Below are positions 1 through 9,361 of a stretch of DNA of 64,000 nt, one piece after another (within the stretch, counting starts at the first letter, position 1; each line of letters starts with the position of its first letter). The stretch is taken from positions 1 to 64,000 of the IMG/VR virus record IMGVR_UViG_3300042882_001139. One strand, written 5' to 3'. The notes under the pieces were generated by a model. It did not search any database. It was not told the origin of the DNA and saw nothing but the letters and a program-made list of their open reading frames with translations. Position numbers and translations under genes: made by a program. Source of the DNA: an uncultured virus (IMG/VR IMGVR_UViG_3300042882_001139). Lineage: Duplodnaviria; Heunggongvirae; Uroviricota; Caudoviricetes.

Positions 1-562
1 TCAGGCTGCTATGGGTATTGGTGCTGCAGCTGGGGCTGCGGCCGGTGGTGTCGCTGCCGCCGCGCCCACGTTGGCCGCCACGCCAGTTAGCAGCCTGCCG
101 GCGTATTTTGCCGGTAATGCCGCTGCGGCAGGCACCGTAGCCGGTGCAGGGGCCGGCGGTGCTGCTGCGACACAAAGTCCCACGGCACAGCGAATGTTCC
201 CGACGATGGCGAACGCGGCTTCAAGTGCGGCAAACTCTTTTAACCGATTTGCGACTGACGGGGCGATGCGGGTCAATGATCTGAAGAACACACTATGGAA
301 AAAATTGCCGCACTCGGCACGCGAGTTTCATGAGACGATAGAGCACCATCCTTTTGCTCAAGCCTTGGACCCCAACACGGGTATCGCAAAACACATGAAC
401 CCGGTGAACACGTCTGGTAATTTAATGGGGCTGTTGCCGCACTCCGTTACGCTGCCGTACGAAGGTATGCATGAAGGGGCGCACGGCTTACACCACACAC
501 TGCATAACTTTGTAGGCGGCGGACACGGGCACGGTGGCGTTGAGCATGCGGGTGTGCACTAG
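1..562 (+). CDS. Gly/Ala-rich putative internal virion protein, 5'-truncated; paralog of next gene; His-rich C-terminus
   Basis: Frame open to window edge (QAAMGIGAAAGAAAGGVAAA also found in 612..1238); C-terminal HEGAHGLHHTLH...GHGHGGVEHAGVH. Confidence 0.6.
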   Translation, partial: QAAMGIGAAAGAAAGGVAAAAPTLAATPVSSLPAYFAGNAAAAGTVAGAGAGGAAATQSPTAQRMFPTMANAASSAANSFNRFATDGAMRVNDLKNTLWKKLPHSAREFHETIEHHPFAQALDPNTGIAKHMNPVNTSGNLMGLLPHSVTLPYEGMHEGAHGLHHTLHNFVGGGHGHGGVEHAGVH

Positions 563-611
563 GTTGTGAATACAGTCAATACATTTAAATTAATCGCTGG
601 GCAGAAATAAC

Positions 612-1238
612 ATGCAGGCTTTTTCTTTTGGCCGTGCCCTCGGCGAAAAACTGGCTGCCGAGCCGAGTTTTTTGCGGTCTTACGGTAATGTCTTAGACCG
701 CTGGTATAACCCGTTTACAAAACAGCGCAATTACGAACGCGGTGAAAAGGGTTTAATGCGGGCCGGCCAAGCCGCGATGGGAATTGGAGCGGCAGCAGGT
801 GCTGCGGCCGGTGGTGTTGCTGCGGCCCCGACGATTGCTGGCATGGGCACCGGTACGGCGGCGACTGCGGGTACTGGCGGCGTCATAGCCTCGCAAACAC
901 CCGCGGGGCAAAACCTAATGCAACGTTTGCCGGCCATGGCTCAAAACGCCGCACACACATACTCGTCGCGCGTCGAGCCGGCTCTGCGGCGAGTTGGTTA
1001 CGGCCCGGGAGACGCAGCCCATGATTTATATGCGGCGGGCACGGGAAACTTTGACAGAATTAAAGGCCCGAACTGGGGCGCGGTTGGTATGAAACCGCCG
1101 TCTATGAACGCAGTCACGGGCGCCCCGAGCGGATGGACGTCTGGCTTGTATCCGACATTGCCGCGACCGACAGAGGTTGTTAAAAACATAGCGTCGGCTG
1201 TCCCGGCATCTTCAGTTCTTGCACAGGCTAAACTGTAA
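612..1238 (+). CDS. Gly/Ala-rich putative internal virion protein with N-terminal K-x-A motif
   Basis: MQAFSFGRALGEKLAA leader; hydrophobic Gly/Ala segment shared with upstream ORF; no Cys. Confidence 0.65.
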   Translation: MQAFSFGRALGEKLAAEPSFLRSYGNVLDRWYNPFTKQRNYERGEKGLMRAGQAAMGIGAAAGAAAGGVAAAPTIAGMGTGTAATAGTGGVIASQTPAGQNLMQRLPAMAQNAAHTYSSRVEPALRRVGYGPGDAAHDLYAAGTGNFDRIKGPNWGAVGMKPPSMNAVTGAPSGWTSGLYPTLPRPTEVVKNIASAVPASSVLAQAKL

Positions 1239-1453
1239 TGGCACTTTGCCCCGCATGTGAATCCGCATTAGTCGAGATTCGCTCAAAACACGTCTGTCCG
1301 TTTTGCCACATCATCGTCGAGACGTGCTGCGACGGCGGTGAATGTCGGCCGGCGGTAGCAGGCTGGAAAAAACTTGTCGAAGAGACGGCCCCGGCACGAC
1401 AAGCGTATATGTCAAAAGTCCAGAACACCCAAGAGGAGTGCACTCGTGGCTGA
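1238..1453 (+). CDS. small zinc-ribbon protein
   Basis: CPAC-x12-CPFC, TAATG start/stop coupling with previous gene. Confidence 0.5.
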   Translation: MALCPACESALVEIRSKHVCPFCHIIVETCCDGGECRPAVAGWKKLVEETAPARQAYMSKVQNTQEECTRG

Positions 1454-1847
1454 ATCTGCCAAGAAGTTTATTCTCAACGCCGAGCAGCGTGTTTATGTCG
1501 CAGAAGATTGGGGCCACGAGGATTGGATTTGGAACGGACGGTATTGCGGGAAAAAGTTGCTCATTAAAGCGGGCAAAACGACGCCATGGTCGTATCACCG
1601 CGTTAAAGACAAAGTCCTGTACGTCGAATCTGGGAACGTTGTGTTAACATATGGCTATGACGAAAACACTGCAACGGCGTCAAATTTAACACTTGGGCCG
1701 GATGCTGCGTTTCACGTTCCGCCTGGAATGTATCACAGCATTAAGGCAACAAGTGAGGCGCGGCTGCTTGAGTTGAGCACGCACCATAACGACAAAGACG
1801 TCTACTCCAACGGCGACCCCGCGGCTGAGGATAGCGATGAAGATTAA
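1446..1847 (+). CDS. cupin-domain protein (mannose-6-phosphate-isomerase-like type)
   Basis: WGHEDWIWN..YCGKKLLIKAG, YH..K..LYVESG, LGPD.AFHVPPGMYH; GAGGAG RBS before GTG 1446. Confidence 0.75.
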   Translation: MAESAKKFILNAEQRVYVAEDWGHEDWIWNGRYCGKKLLIKAGKTTPWSYHRVKDKVLYVESGNVVLTYGYDENTATASNLTLGPDAAFHVPPGMYHSIKATSEARLLELSTHHNDKDVYSNGDPAAEDSDED

Positions 1848-3663
1848 GCAGATTCTTAGTCGCGGTCTTGAGAAGTATGCCGAGCCGGTAGTTCAACCGA
1901 CTGCCGGTACACAACCGATCAAACCATTAGGTGCCCCGCCGGCAGGTGCTGGAAATAACGCCGCGAGTTTACCTCCCGCGGCACCCGCGCCGGCACCAGC
2001 ACCAATGCCGCCTGTGCCTGCCCCAGCACCAGCACCAATGCCGCCTGTGCCTGCCCCAGCACCAGCACCTGCACCAGCGCCCGCGGCACCCGTACCGAAC
2101 GTTATGAAGCCGCCGCAGGCACCACCAACGCCTGCCCCGACACAGCCGGCTAATCAAGCCCCGCAAACGTCTCCGGCTAATGACAAGATGCCGAAGTTAA
2201 TCGAGCACGCTCAGGCGACGCTTTCTGCGGCTAAAACACCAGAAGCCAAAGCGGAAATTGAAAAACAATTAGTACCGAATGTGACAGCACAAGTTAAAGC
2301 AACCGCCACACCCGAGACGTTAGATGCGGCGAGCCGTGTCATGCAAGGCGACACCGAAGCCGCCGCACCTGCCCGCGATAACTTTATTACAGATCAGGCC
2401 GGCGGAGATCCTACGAAAACACAAGACCCGACATGGTACGGCCAGGCCATGGGAATGTGGGACGGGTTAGGTCCGACAGGTCAGGCCGCGTTTATGGTCG
2501 GCGTGCCTGCGGCATTAATCAGTCTTTTATCGGGTGACGGGCTGATGGGGATCTTAGGCGGTCTTGGCATCGGCGCTCTTGGTGTCGGTGCCGGTGCCAT
2601 GGGCATGCTTGGTGAAAACACACAGGCTGGTATGGGCCGCATGCTGGGCGACGCTGCTAATTTTTTCGGCGCTATTCCTGAAGAAGCCCGGGACTCAAGT
2701 ATGTTTGCCCCCGGTGCGGACGCGGCTGTAAAGCAAAAAATTCAAGATGCTATTAAGGCGGCACCACAAGGCCAGGGTGCGGCTGTTGGTCAACGGATGC
2801 TCGACGCTGAACGGGCGAAGTTTGAGCAGTTGCGGCAACTGCACGCTACCAACCCAGAACTTGCCAATAGTTATTTAATGGGCATGCACGGCGAATACGC
2901 GCCCAAGACCCGAGAAGAAGCCGCGGCGTTATTCGCACGCCTTCAGCAACAGTATGACGAGACGGGGCAGCAAGGCTATTTGTACAACCAAGCATTGCAA
3001 GCCGCACAAAAAGAACGCGACGCACGACTGCAAGAAGCGAGAAGCGGCGGCAAAGGTAGCTGGGGCATGGCACTGGGCAATGCTTTCGGCGTCGACACTG
3101 ATGCCGCCGCTGACGCAGCCATGCACGCTGAACTGGCTGAACGAGGATTTTTCGCGCCAACAGAAGGGAAGGAAACACGTGCCTCTATGAACATCGCACA
3201 AAAAATTGTACTGAAACACGCTGCTTTAAAAGCCGCACGGTGTTGGGAAGGTTACGAGCCGGTTCCAGGGAAGAAGCCGTATAGCAATAATTCGTGCCGC
3301 CCGGCTGGAAGTAAGAGCAAGAAAAAAAAGACTGAGAAGAAGGCGGCACAACCAGTATCACAATTCAGCCAAACGGCGTTCGATCGCCCGTACGCCGAAG
3401 CCGCGTTTAAGCAGCACGGAATTCACTTTAATCCAAAAAGCACTGATCAGCAGTTGTACAACCTGTACACCCGAAAAGGTACAGTGCGGCCGGGGCAAAA
3501 AATGAACCCGTTTCAATCTATGGTTGGGGCGCATCACGGTTATTTGCCACCTGCGCCGCTGCAGCCAAACATTAAGCCACAACCTGTGCAATCAACGGCC
3601 CCGGCGAACAGCGTAGCAAGCGTCACGCCGGTAAAAACAAAAGTACCCACACCGGTAAGGTAA
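1837..3663 (+). CDS. Pro-rich multi-module putative internal virion protein with K-x-A sites and Gly-rich hydrophobic segments
   Basis: LEKYAE leader, PAPA repeats, GLMGILGGLGIGALGVGAGAMG segment, LKAAR and EKKAA motifs flanking a CWEGY..C mini-module. Confidence 0.7.
   Translation: MKIKQILSRGLEKYAEPVVQPTAGTQPIKPLGAPPAGAGNNAASLPPAAPAPAPAPMPPVPAPAPAPMPPVPAPAPAPAPAPAAPVPNVMKPPQAPPTPAPTQPANQAPQTSPANDKMPKLIEHAQATLSAAKTPEAKAEIEKQLVPNVTAQVKATATPETLDAASRVMQGDTEAAAPARDNFITDQAGGDPTKTQDPTWYGQAMGMWDGLGPTGQAAFMVGVPAALISLLSGDGLMGILGGLGIGALGVGAGAMGMLGENTQAGMGRMLGDAANFFGAIPEEARDSSMFAPGADAAVKQKIQDAIKAAPQGQGAAVGQRMLDAERAKFEQLRQLHATNPELANSYLMGMHGEYAPKTREEAAALFARLQQQYDETGQQGYLYNQALQAAQKERDARLQEARSGGKGSWGMALGNAFGVDTDAAADAAMHAELAERGFFAPTEGKETRASMNIAQKIVLKHAALKAARCWEGYEPVPGKKPYSNNSCRPAGSKSKKKKTEKKAAQPVSQFSQTAFDRPYAEAAFKQHGIHFNPKSTDQQLYNLYTRKGTVRPGQKMNPFQSMVGAHHGYLPPAPLQPNIKPQPVQSTAPANSVASVTPVKTKVPTPVR
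1993..2069 (+). repeat. 33-bp coding tandem repeat (APAPMPPVPAP) x2.3
   Basis: gcaccagcaccaatgccgcctgtgcctgcccca at 1993 and 2026, partial at 2059. Confidence 0.85.
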
Positions 3664-3710
3664 CTTATTGCACAACCAGCCGCGATAAAAAATAGGCAAG
3701 GAACGCCGCA

Positions 3711-4424
3711 ATGCGAACAAACAACAAGTCGGTTCGAAAGGCTGAGCGAAAAGCAAAGAGGAAAGTCAAAGCAGTAGAACAACTGGAGAAACAAGACAAA
3801 AGCGCATCGCTGATTATTGAGTGGCGCAACGCCAGTCAGAAGCATGCCTGGAATACGATGAGCAAAAGCCCCATGACGTTTTTGCTAGGGTCGGCTGGCT
3901 CTGGCAAAACGTTCTTGGCTATGGCGTATGCGCTCAACGAAGTATTAAACAAGCGCCGCGAATTCATCGTGTTAACGCGGCCCATCGTTGAAGCGGGCGA
4001 GCGGCTGGGTTATCTTCCCGGCACGTTCGGCGAGAAAGTTAATCCGTACATGGCTCCGTTGTATGACACGATGGACGCTTTGATTGGTAAGTGCGGCCCC
4101 AAACGGGAAATCATCAATAAGAGCATTATGCTAGCGCCGCTGTGCTACATGCGCGGGCGAACATTCAATAACGCTATTTGCATTTTTGACGAAGCGCAGA
4201 ACGCGAGCTACCAGCAACTCAAGTTATTTCTTTCGCGCTTTGGGCAGAATACCCAGGTCATTGTTACCGGTGACCCGTTTCAAAGTGACCTGCCGTATAG
4301 CCCGCCGCCGCTGGTCGACGTCGTGGCTAGACTTCAGGATGTGGCCGGCATTAGCACGATTAAATTCACAACAAATGACGTGGTGCGCCATCCGCTTGTA
4401 GCCGCTATCTTGAAAAAGTTGTAA
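3711..4424 (+). CDS. phoH: PhoH-family ATPase
   Basis: GSAGSGKT, LTRPIVEAGERLGYLPG, MRGRTF, DEAQN, TGD..Q.D, VRHPLV. Confidence 0.95.
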   Translation: MRTNNKSVRKAERKAKRKVKAVEQLEKQDKSASLIIEWRNASQKHAWNTMSKSPMTFLLGSAGSGKTFLAMAYALNEVLNKRREFIVLTRPIVEAGERLGYLPGTFGEKVNPYMAPLYDTMDALIGKCGPKREIINKSIMLAPLCYMRGRTFNNAICIFDEAQNASYQQLKLFLSRFGQNTQVIVTGDPFQSDLPYSPPPLVDVVARLQDVAGISTIKFTTNDVVRHPLVAAILKKL

Positions 4425-4431
4425 TGCCCCG

Positions 4432-4461
4432 TTGACTAGTTTGGGTGGACCGCTGTAGATT
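4432..4461 (+). promoter_or_regulatory. sigma70-like promoter candidate
   Basis: TTGACT-N18-TAGATT in intergenic gap before 4488. Confidence 0.4.
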
Positions 4462-4487
4462 ACGGCACACCCCGCAACGGAGTACAC

Positions 4488-5087
4488 ATGCGACCCAATC
4501 AGGTTGAGTGGGAGAAGGCGCAGAAATGGGAGCGCGACTGGTGGTTGAACACACCGCAGCAGTACAGTGTAGAAATTAAAAAGGGCGACACGGTTGCCGG
4601 CTGGCTGGGTATCAAAGATTCTCCCGACCTGGCTGTGGTCGATATTGGCTGCGGGCCCTTCTCTATTCTGCAGCGCGTCCAGGTCGGGTTTGGCTGTGCG
4701 GTTGACCCGATTAATTACGGCTCTTTGGAGCTGGGCTATACGGCGGCAGCTATTTCGCGTGTGTTCTGCCGCGGGGAAGAACTCAGCGACATACTTCCTG
4801 GTGCCAAGTTTGACGAGGCATGGATCTACAACTGCTTGCAGCACGTCGAAGATCCGACTGCCGTCCTTCAGCAGTCAATCCGAGTAGCCAAACGAGTACG
4901 GCTATTTGAGTGGATTAATTTGCCGCCATACACAGGGCATTTGCACACGCTCACGGCGCCCATGCTTATGGCACCGTTCAAAGAAGCAGGCTGGCACACA
5001 GACTTCCATTTTCAAGGTGTCGCCGATGCCGATGGCCTCAACGGCGAGTTTTATGTCGGCGTCTTTAGCCGGCCGGAGCAGGCATGA
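4488..5087 (+). CDS. class I SAM-dependent methyltransferase
   Basis: VVDIGCGP motif I, AVDP, FDEAWIYNCLQHVEDP. Confidence 0.85.
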   Translation: MRPNQVEWEKAQKWERDWWLNTPQQYSVEIKKGDTVAGWLGIKDSPDLAVVDIGCGPFSILQRVQVGFGCAVDPINYGSLELGYTAAAISRVFCRGEELSDILPGAKFDEAWIYNCLQHVEDPTAVLQQSIRVAKRVRLFEWINLPPYTGHLHTLTAPMLMAPFKEAGWHTDFHFQGVADADGLNGEFYVGVFSRPEQA

Positions 5088-5653
5088 CCTACACGTTCGT
5101 TACAGACGACGCTAATCCGCACCTGGGCGGCAATATCAACGAAGGCGATCCGTTTACATATTCTCCGACGACGTGGCGGTATCTCGTAGACCGGTTTGCT
5201 GTGCGGACGCTGTTGGATTTAGGCTCCGGACTGGGCTACAGTGCCCATTTTTTCTCCAAACTTGGGCCGCTAGTCGTAGCCGTCGACGGGTTAAAAAAGA
5301 ACGTCGAAATGTCAAGTTTTCCAACAATTTTACATGACATAACGCATGCCCCGCTGTACTGTGCTGTAGATTTAATTTACTGCGTCGAAGTCGTCGAGCA
5401 CATTGCTGAGCCGTACGTGCCGAACTTAATGGCGACGTTTCAGGGGGCGAAGTTTGTCATGCTTTCGCACGCCGTTCCGGAGCAGGGCGGTTACCACCAT
5501 GTAAACTGTAAAGACGATAAATATTGGGTTGACCAATTTAACGTTGCCGGGTTTAATATGCTTCCCGAAGACAGTGCGCGTGTGCGGCAGTACTCGGCAC
5601 TTGATAGTGCCCACCACATTGCGCGGTCAGCCTTAGTATTTGCACGCAGATGA
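5084..5653 (+). CDS. class I SAM-dependent methyltransferase
   Basis: LLDLGSGLG, VAVDG, DLIYCVEVVEHI, A.P.QGGYHHVN. Confidence 0.85.
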   Translation: MTYTFVTDDANPHLGGNINEGDPFTYSPTTWRYLVDRFAVRTLLDLGSGLGYSAHFFSKLGPLVVAVDGLKKNVEMSSFPTILHDITHAPLYCAVDLIYCVEVVEHIAEPYVPNLMATFQGAKFVMLSHAVPEQGGYHHVNCKDDKYWVDQFNVAGFNMLPEDSARVRQYSALDSAHHIARSALVFARR

Positions 5654-5656
5654 CTC

Positions 5657-5953
5657 ATGAGCGCCGTACCTGAACTCGACCGCTTGCTCGACGAACATGC
5701 GACCGTCAAAAAAAACAAAAGGTGGGCACAGCGAGAACGGCTGCACCGACGGGCATTTGGTTGCATGCTGCTTTGCGTACTAACGTTTTTTCCGTTGGTG
5801 TTATTCTTCGGCGACATCGGTGCTTTTATTTGCGGCGGTGTGATGTTGTTTTGCCTGGCCCCGATCCTTACGTCGGCCGTGTTTGATTTACTGACGGTTT
5901 GTTTCACAGATCCACCGCCCCGCGATCCAACGAAACGTTACACCTACAAATAA
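5657..5953 (+). CDS. small membrane protein (2 TM)
   Basis: Two hydrophobic stretches; fills operon gap. Confidence 0.55.
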   Translation: MSAVPELDRLLDEHATVKKNKRWAQRERLHRRAFGCMLLCVLTFFPLVLFFGDIGAFICGGVMLFCLAPILTSAVFDLLTVCFTDPPPRDPTKRYTYK

Positions 5954-5969
5954 CCCCTGGTCGTTTTGC

Positions 5970-6470
5970 ATGGATGCAAAAAACCGGTTCACGTCGAAGG
6001 TGCTCGTGCCGCCGGTGCCAGACGTCGAGACGCTGGGGCCAAACTTTTCTAAATTGCCAGACGCGCATGTGATCGCGGCAATTGCGGAAAACATGGCGGA
6101 GAACGAGATGTTCCGCCACGGCATTATGCCTTGCGTGCCGCGGTTTGATATCGGCGTCGACCGCATCACGTACTTTGGCGACGTAATTAAACGCGTGCAG
6201 GTTAAAGGGCAGGAAACCAAGAAACGTCGCACAGACAAGAGTTACGTATTCGACCTGCGGCGAAGTACAAACGGCGTTACGACGAGTTATCGCAAAAACG
6301 AACTAGACGCATTTATTTTTGTGCATACGGAACTACGGCTGTTTTATATTCTTCCGGCCAGTAAAATCTTGCCCGGCCAGACATCAGTGACATTCAGCGA
6401 TAGTGTGCGGCAGCAATGGCAAAATGCGTGGTGGGTTTTAAAAAAGGAGCGTGAACATCATGTCAATTAA
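5970..6470 (+). CDS. PD-(D/E)XK endonuclease (homing-endonuclease-like type)
   Basis: AE helix, VD, RVQVK, SY...ELDAFIFV....FYILP pattern. Confidence 0.7.
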   Translation: MDAKNRFTSKVLVPPVPDVETLGPNFSKLPDAHVIAAIAENMAENEMFRHGIMPCVPRFDIGVDRITYFGDVIKRVQVKGQETKKRRTDKSYVFDLRRSTNGVTTSYRKNELDAFIFVHTELRLFYILPASKILPGQTSVTFSDSVRQQWQNAWWVLKKEREHHVN

Positions 6471-6705
6471 AGCAACGTACGACCGGTTTGATTTAGAGCA
6501 GGCCCTCATGGCGTGCTGGCAGACGGTAGACGACCTGCAGCTCTTATCTGAGATGGTCACAGAAGACGCACTGGACACGGACAAAATTGCCAACGCGGTA
6601 ATGGGCATCGAGTTGCTGCACGAGATGCGCTGCAAAAAAACCATGGACATCTTTGAGCACGTCGTCTCGAACGGCGAATTGGATAACGACACCGACATTG
6701 ACTGA
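6460..6705 (+). CDS. hypothetical phage protein
   Basis: AAGGAG RBS; DRFDLEQ..M.CW...DDL helical protein. Confidence 0.65.
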   Translation: MSIKATYDRFDLEQALMACWQTVDDLQLLSEMVTEDALDTDKIANAVMGIELLHEMRCKKTMDIFEHVVSNGELDNDTDID

Positions 6706-6735
6706 CTTTAACACGCTATTAAATAGGAGACCAGC

Positions 6736-7212
6736 ATGACGCTCCCGCAGTTTTTAGACCTGATGAACGCGGACTTACAGAACGAATGGACGCATTTGCA
6801 GTTTTATCTTTATCACGCGTCATCTGTAATCGGCATCCACGCGGCCGAATACCGAGAGTTTTTCTTGGAGTCCGCCAAAGGGGAAATGCAGCATGTCCAG
6901 CAGTTTCTAGATCGGCTGTTTGGGCTGCACTTTAATCTGCCAAATTCCAGCGGCAAACAGTTTCCGCTTTGTCGTAATACGGAGTCGGCACTGGTTGAGG
7001 CTTTAAAGCTAGAAGAAGAAGTCATCAAGAACTACGCCACGCGTCTTGCACAACTTGACGCACTGATGATCAACAACCCCATCGAGGCGACGTACTTGCG
7101 TATTTTTTATGAAGATCAGTTGCAAGATAGTTATGAAGACTGTGAGCGTATTCGACAGATTTTAGGCGATACGCTGGCGCACGCTTTCCGGGCGGTCAAC
7201 TCGCGACCTTAA
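6736..7212 (+). CDS. ferritin-like (bacterioferritin-type) four-helix protein
   Basis: DLQNEW..LQFY, EMQH, ALKLEEEVIKNY; AGGAG RBS. Confidence 0.75.
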   Translation: MTLPQFLDLMNADLQNEWTHLQFYLYHASSVIGIHAAEYREFFLESAKGEMQHVQQFLDRLFGLHFNLPNSSGKQFPLCRNTESALVEALKLEEEVIKNYATRLAQLDALMINNPIEATYLRIFYEDQLQDSYEDCERIRQILGDTLAHAFRAVNSRP

Positions 7213-7231
7213 CACACGAGACAGTACTGCC

Positions 7232-7492
7232 ATGGAAAACTTCAGTTGGGCCACCGCCGGAACAGTATTTGTCGTCTACATTTTGTTTGACATTTTGTAC
7301 GCCCTGTACGTGATTTGCGTCAGTCGTCAGCAGGCTTTGAAAGCCAGCGGAATTAGCGCCGTGTTGTATAGTTTGGGCGCTTACGGTGTCATGAACTATC
7401 TGCACAACCCGTGGTATCTCATTCCGCTAGCGTGCGGGGCGTTTATCGGCACGTACATTGCCGTGAAATACATGAGCAACTGGCACGCATGA
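7232..7492 (+). CDS. small membrane protein (3 TM)
   Basis: Three hydrophobic helices ending [10 protein letters not shown]. Confidence 0.65.
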   Translation: MENFSWATAGTVFVVYILFDILYALYVICVSRQQALKASGISAVLYSLGAYGVMNYLHNPWYLIPLACGAFIGTYIAVKYMSNWHA

Positions 7493-7926
7493 CGCCGTAC
7501 AGGCTCACCACGATCGCTATTGATTTTGACCGCACGTTCACCAGCGACGTGGAAATGTGGCGGTATATGTTGCGGTTGTTTGTGAGCCGCGGACACACAG
7601 TGATCTGCGTGACAGGGCGTACTGATTCGCCGGCTAATAGGCTGCAACTTCTGCACGTATTTGGCGAAGACACTTTTAAACTTTTAAAGGACTGTATTTT
7701 CTGTAATCACGGTCCAAAGCGGGCAATGACGTTACAACGCGGCTACAAAATCGACATTTGGATTGACGACCTGCCGGAGGGCGTCGGTGCCACAGATCCG
7801 CGAGAGTTTAAAAAACTAGAAGATCAGTTTGACGTCTGCGAAACGCTGCCGTTATTTATGCCTAAAGCCGTAAACCCTTATACTGTCTGGGAACCGAAAC
7901 TTGTGGTACCAGAGTCTCATGGATAG
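7489..7926 (+). CDS. HAD-superfamily phosphatase
   Basis: IAIDFDRTF (motif I), VTGR (II), K, IWIDD (IV); ATGA overlap with upstream stop. Confidence 0.85.
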   Translation: MTPYRLTTIAIDFDRTFTSDVEMWRYMLRLFVSRGHTVICVTGRTDSPANRLQLLHVFGEDTFKLLKDCIFCNHGPKRAMTLQRGYKIDIWIDDLPEGVGATDPREFKKLEDQFDVCETLPLFMPKAVNPYTVWEPKLVVPESHG

Positions 7927-8248
7927 TTACATCATACATGTGTCCATTTTGCTGGCTTTCGCACTTGGCTATATTCTTGGGCGCCTCGATATTATTGCGA
8001 GTCGGCTTACGGGCCCGGCTGGGCCGGTATATCAATCTCCGCTCGCGAAGCCATCGCGATCTGGACGGCCCACGCCCGTGCTGCAGCCAGACATCAGTAC
8101 AATTGACATCAATGAAACAAAAGTCGTGACAAAGATTAATACAGACGGGCTGCAGAAAGCCTCGGACGTGGAGCTCGGGACAACCACGGCAAAACAAGAC
8201 ACCATTAATGCCTCGGTTTCCAAACTGGCACAATTAAAGGGTAAATAA
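7919..8248 (+). CDS. N-terminally membrane-anchored hypothetical protein
   Basis: [12 protein letters not shown] anchor; ends 1 nt before actin-like gene. Confidence 0.6.
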   Translation: MDSYIIHVSILLAFALGYILGRLDIIASRLTGPAGPVYQSPLAKPSRSGRPTPVLQPDISTIDINETKVVTKINTDGLQKASDVELGTTTAKQDTINASVSKLAQLKGK

Positions 8249-8249
8249 A

Positions 8250-9284
8250 ATGGCCAAAGGTTTAGACGTTGGTACTTCATTCATTGTCCTGGCTTCAGAC
8301 TCCGAAGCCCCCGTTAGCTACACCAGCGACGATAAGTTCGACTACGTGAAGTACAAGGAACTGCGTGACGCGTTCTTTGCCATCAAGCCGACGACCCCCG
8401 TGGCCACGAAGATGATTGAGAAAGGCCTGCAGGGCAAGTTATTCGTCAAAGACGCTGACGGCACGTTTATTCTTCTTGGGCAAGACGCTATTGAAAAAGC
8501 CATCGAGCGCAACGAGTCAGCCAAACGGCCCATGTTCCGGGGCGTTGTTTCGGCCAAGGAAAAAGACGCTCGGCGCATCCTGGCGTACATCCTGAAAGAA
8601 GTCGTCGGCACGGCCAGCGAACCCCACGAAAAACTTGTGTTTTGCGTTCCGGCCCAGCCCGTCGACCAAGAAGACGAAGACTTTGACGTTGGGTATCACG
8701 AAGACGTGGTTATGACCATTTTGGCCGAATGCGGGTACATGGCCCGGGCGATCAACGAAGCCGAGGCGCTGTGCTATTCCGAACTCGAGAAAGATGACTA
8801 CACCGGCGTGGCACTGTCATGCGGCGCTGGCATGGTGAACTGCTGCATCATGCTCAATGGTGAGCCGACAGTCATGTTTAGCACCACCAAATCCGGCGAC
8901 TGGATTGACCGTATGGCCGCCGTCGCTACTGGTGAAAAAGACTCGGTGGTACAGGCCGAGAAAGAGCAGGGTGACTTCACGATTGGCGAACAGAACGATA
9001 ATCCGGTGCTGGCTGCTGTAAGTGCGTATTACGAGCGGTTGATTGACTACACGACCAAAATGCTGGCGCACGCGATTGCTGGCCACAAGGCGTTACCCAA
9101 ATTTAAAGATCCGTTGCCGGTTGTAATTGCCGGAGGGACCAGCCAGGCCAAAGGCTTTATTGACGTGTTCGCAAAAAAATTGGACGACAACGGATTTCCA
9201 TTACCAATTAAAGAAGTGCGGCACGCCAATGACCCCCTGCATGCCGTCGCGCGTGGTTGCTTAATTGCAGCCAAGATTCTCTGA
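8250..9284 (+). CDS. actin-fold ATPase (MreB/MamK/ParM superfamily)
   Basis: GLDVGT phosphate-1, CVPA, INEAEA connect, SCGAGM phosphate-2, IAGGTS adenosine motif, AVARG. Confidence 0.85.
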   Translation: MAKGLDVGTSFIVLASDSEAPVSYTSDDKFDYVKYKELRDAFFAIKPTTPVATKMIEKGLQGKLFVKDADGTFILLGQDAIEKAIERNESAKRPMFRGVVSAKEKDARRILAYILKEVVGTASEPHEKLVFCVPAQPVDQEDEDFDVGYHEDVVMTILAECGYMARAINEAEALCYSELEKDDYTGVALSCGAGMVNCCIMLNGEPTVMFSTTKSGDWIDRMAAVATGEKDSVVQAEKEQGDFTIGEQNDNPVLAAVSAYYERLIDYTTKMLAHAIAGHKALPKFKDPLPVVIAGGTSQAKGFIDVFAKKLDDNGFPLPIKEVRHANDPLHAVARGCLIAAKIL

Positions 9285-9361
9285 CGCAGGGCCGTAGACA
9301 GGCCGCAAGTCGGTCGCTACGATGGCTCCGTTGTTTTCTGCTTTGGCTACAAGGATGTTAT

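Noticed and set aside
5970..6470. Intron-encoded homing endonuclease
   Set aside because: Free-standing; no interrupted host gene or group I intron core around it
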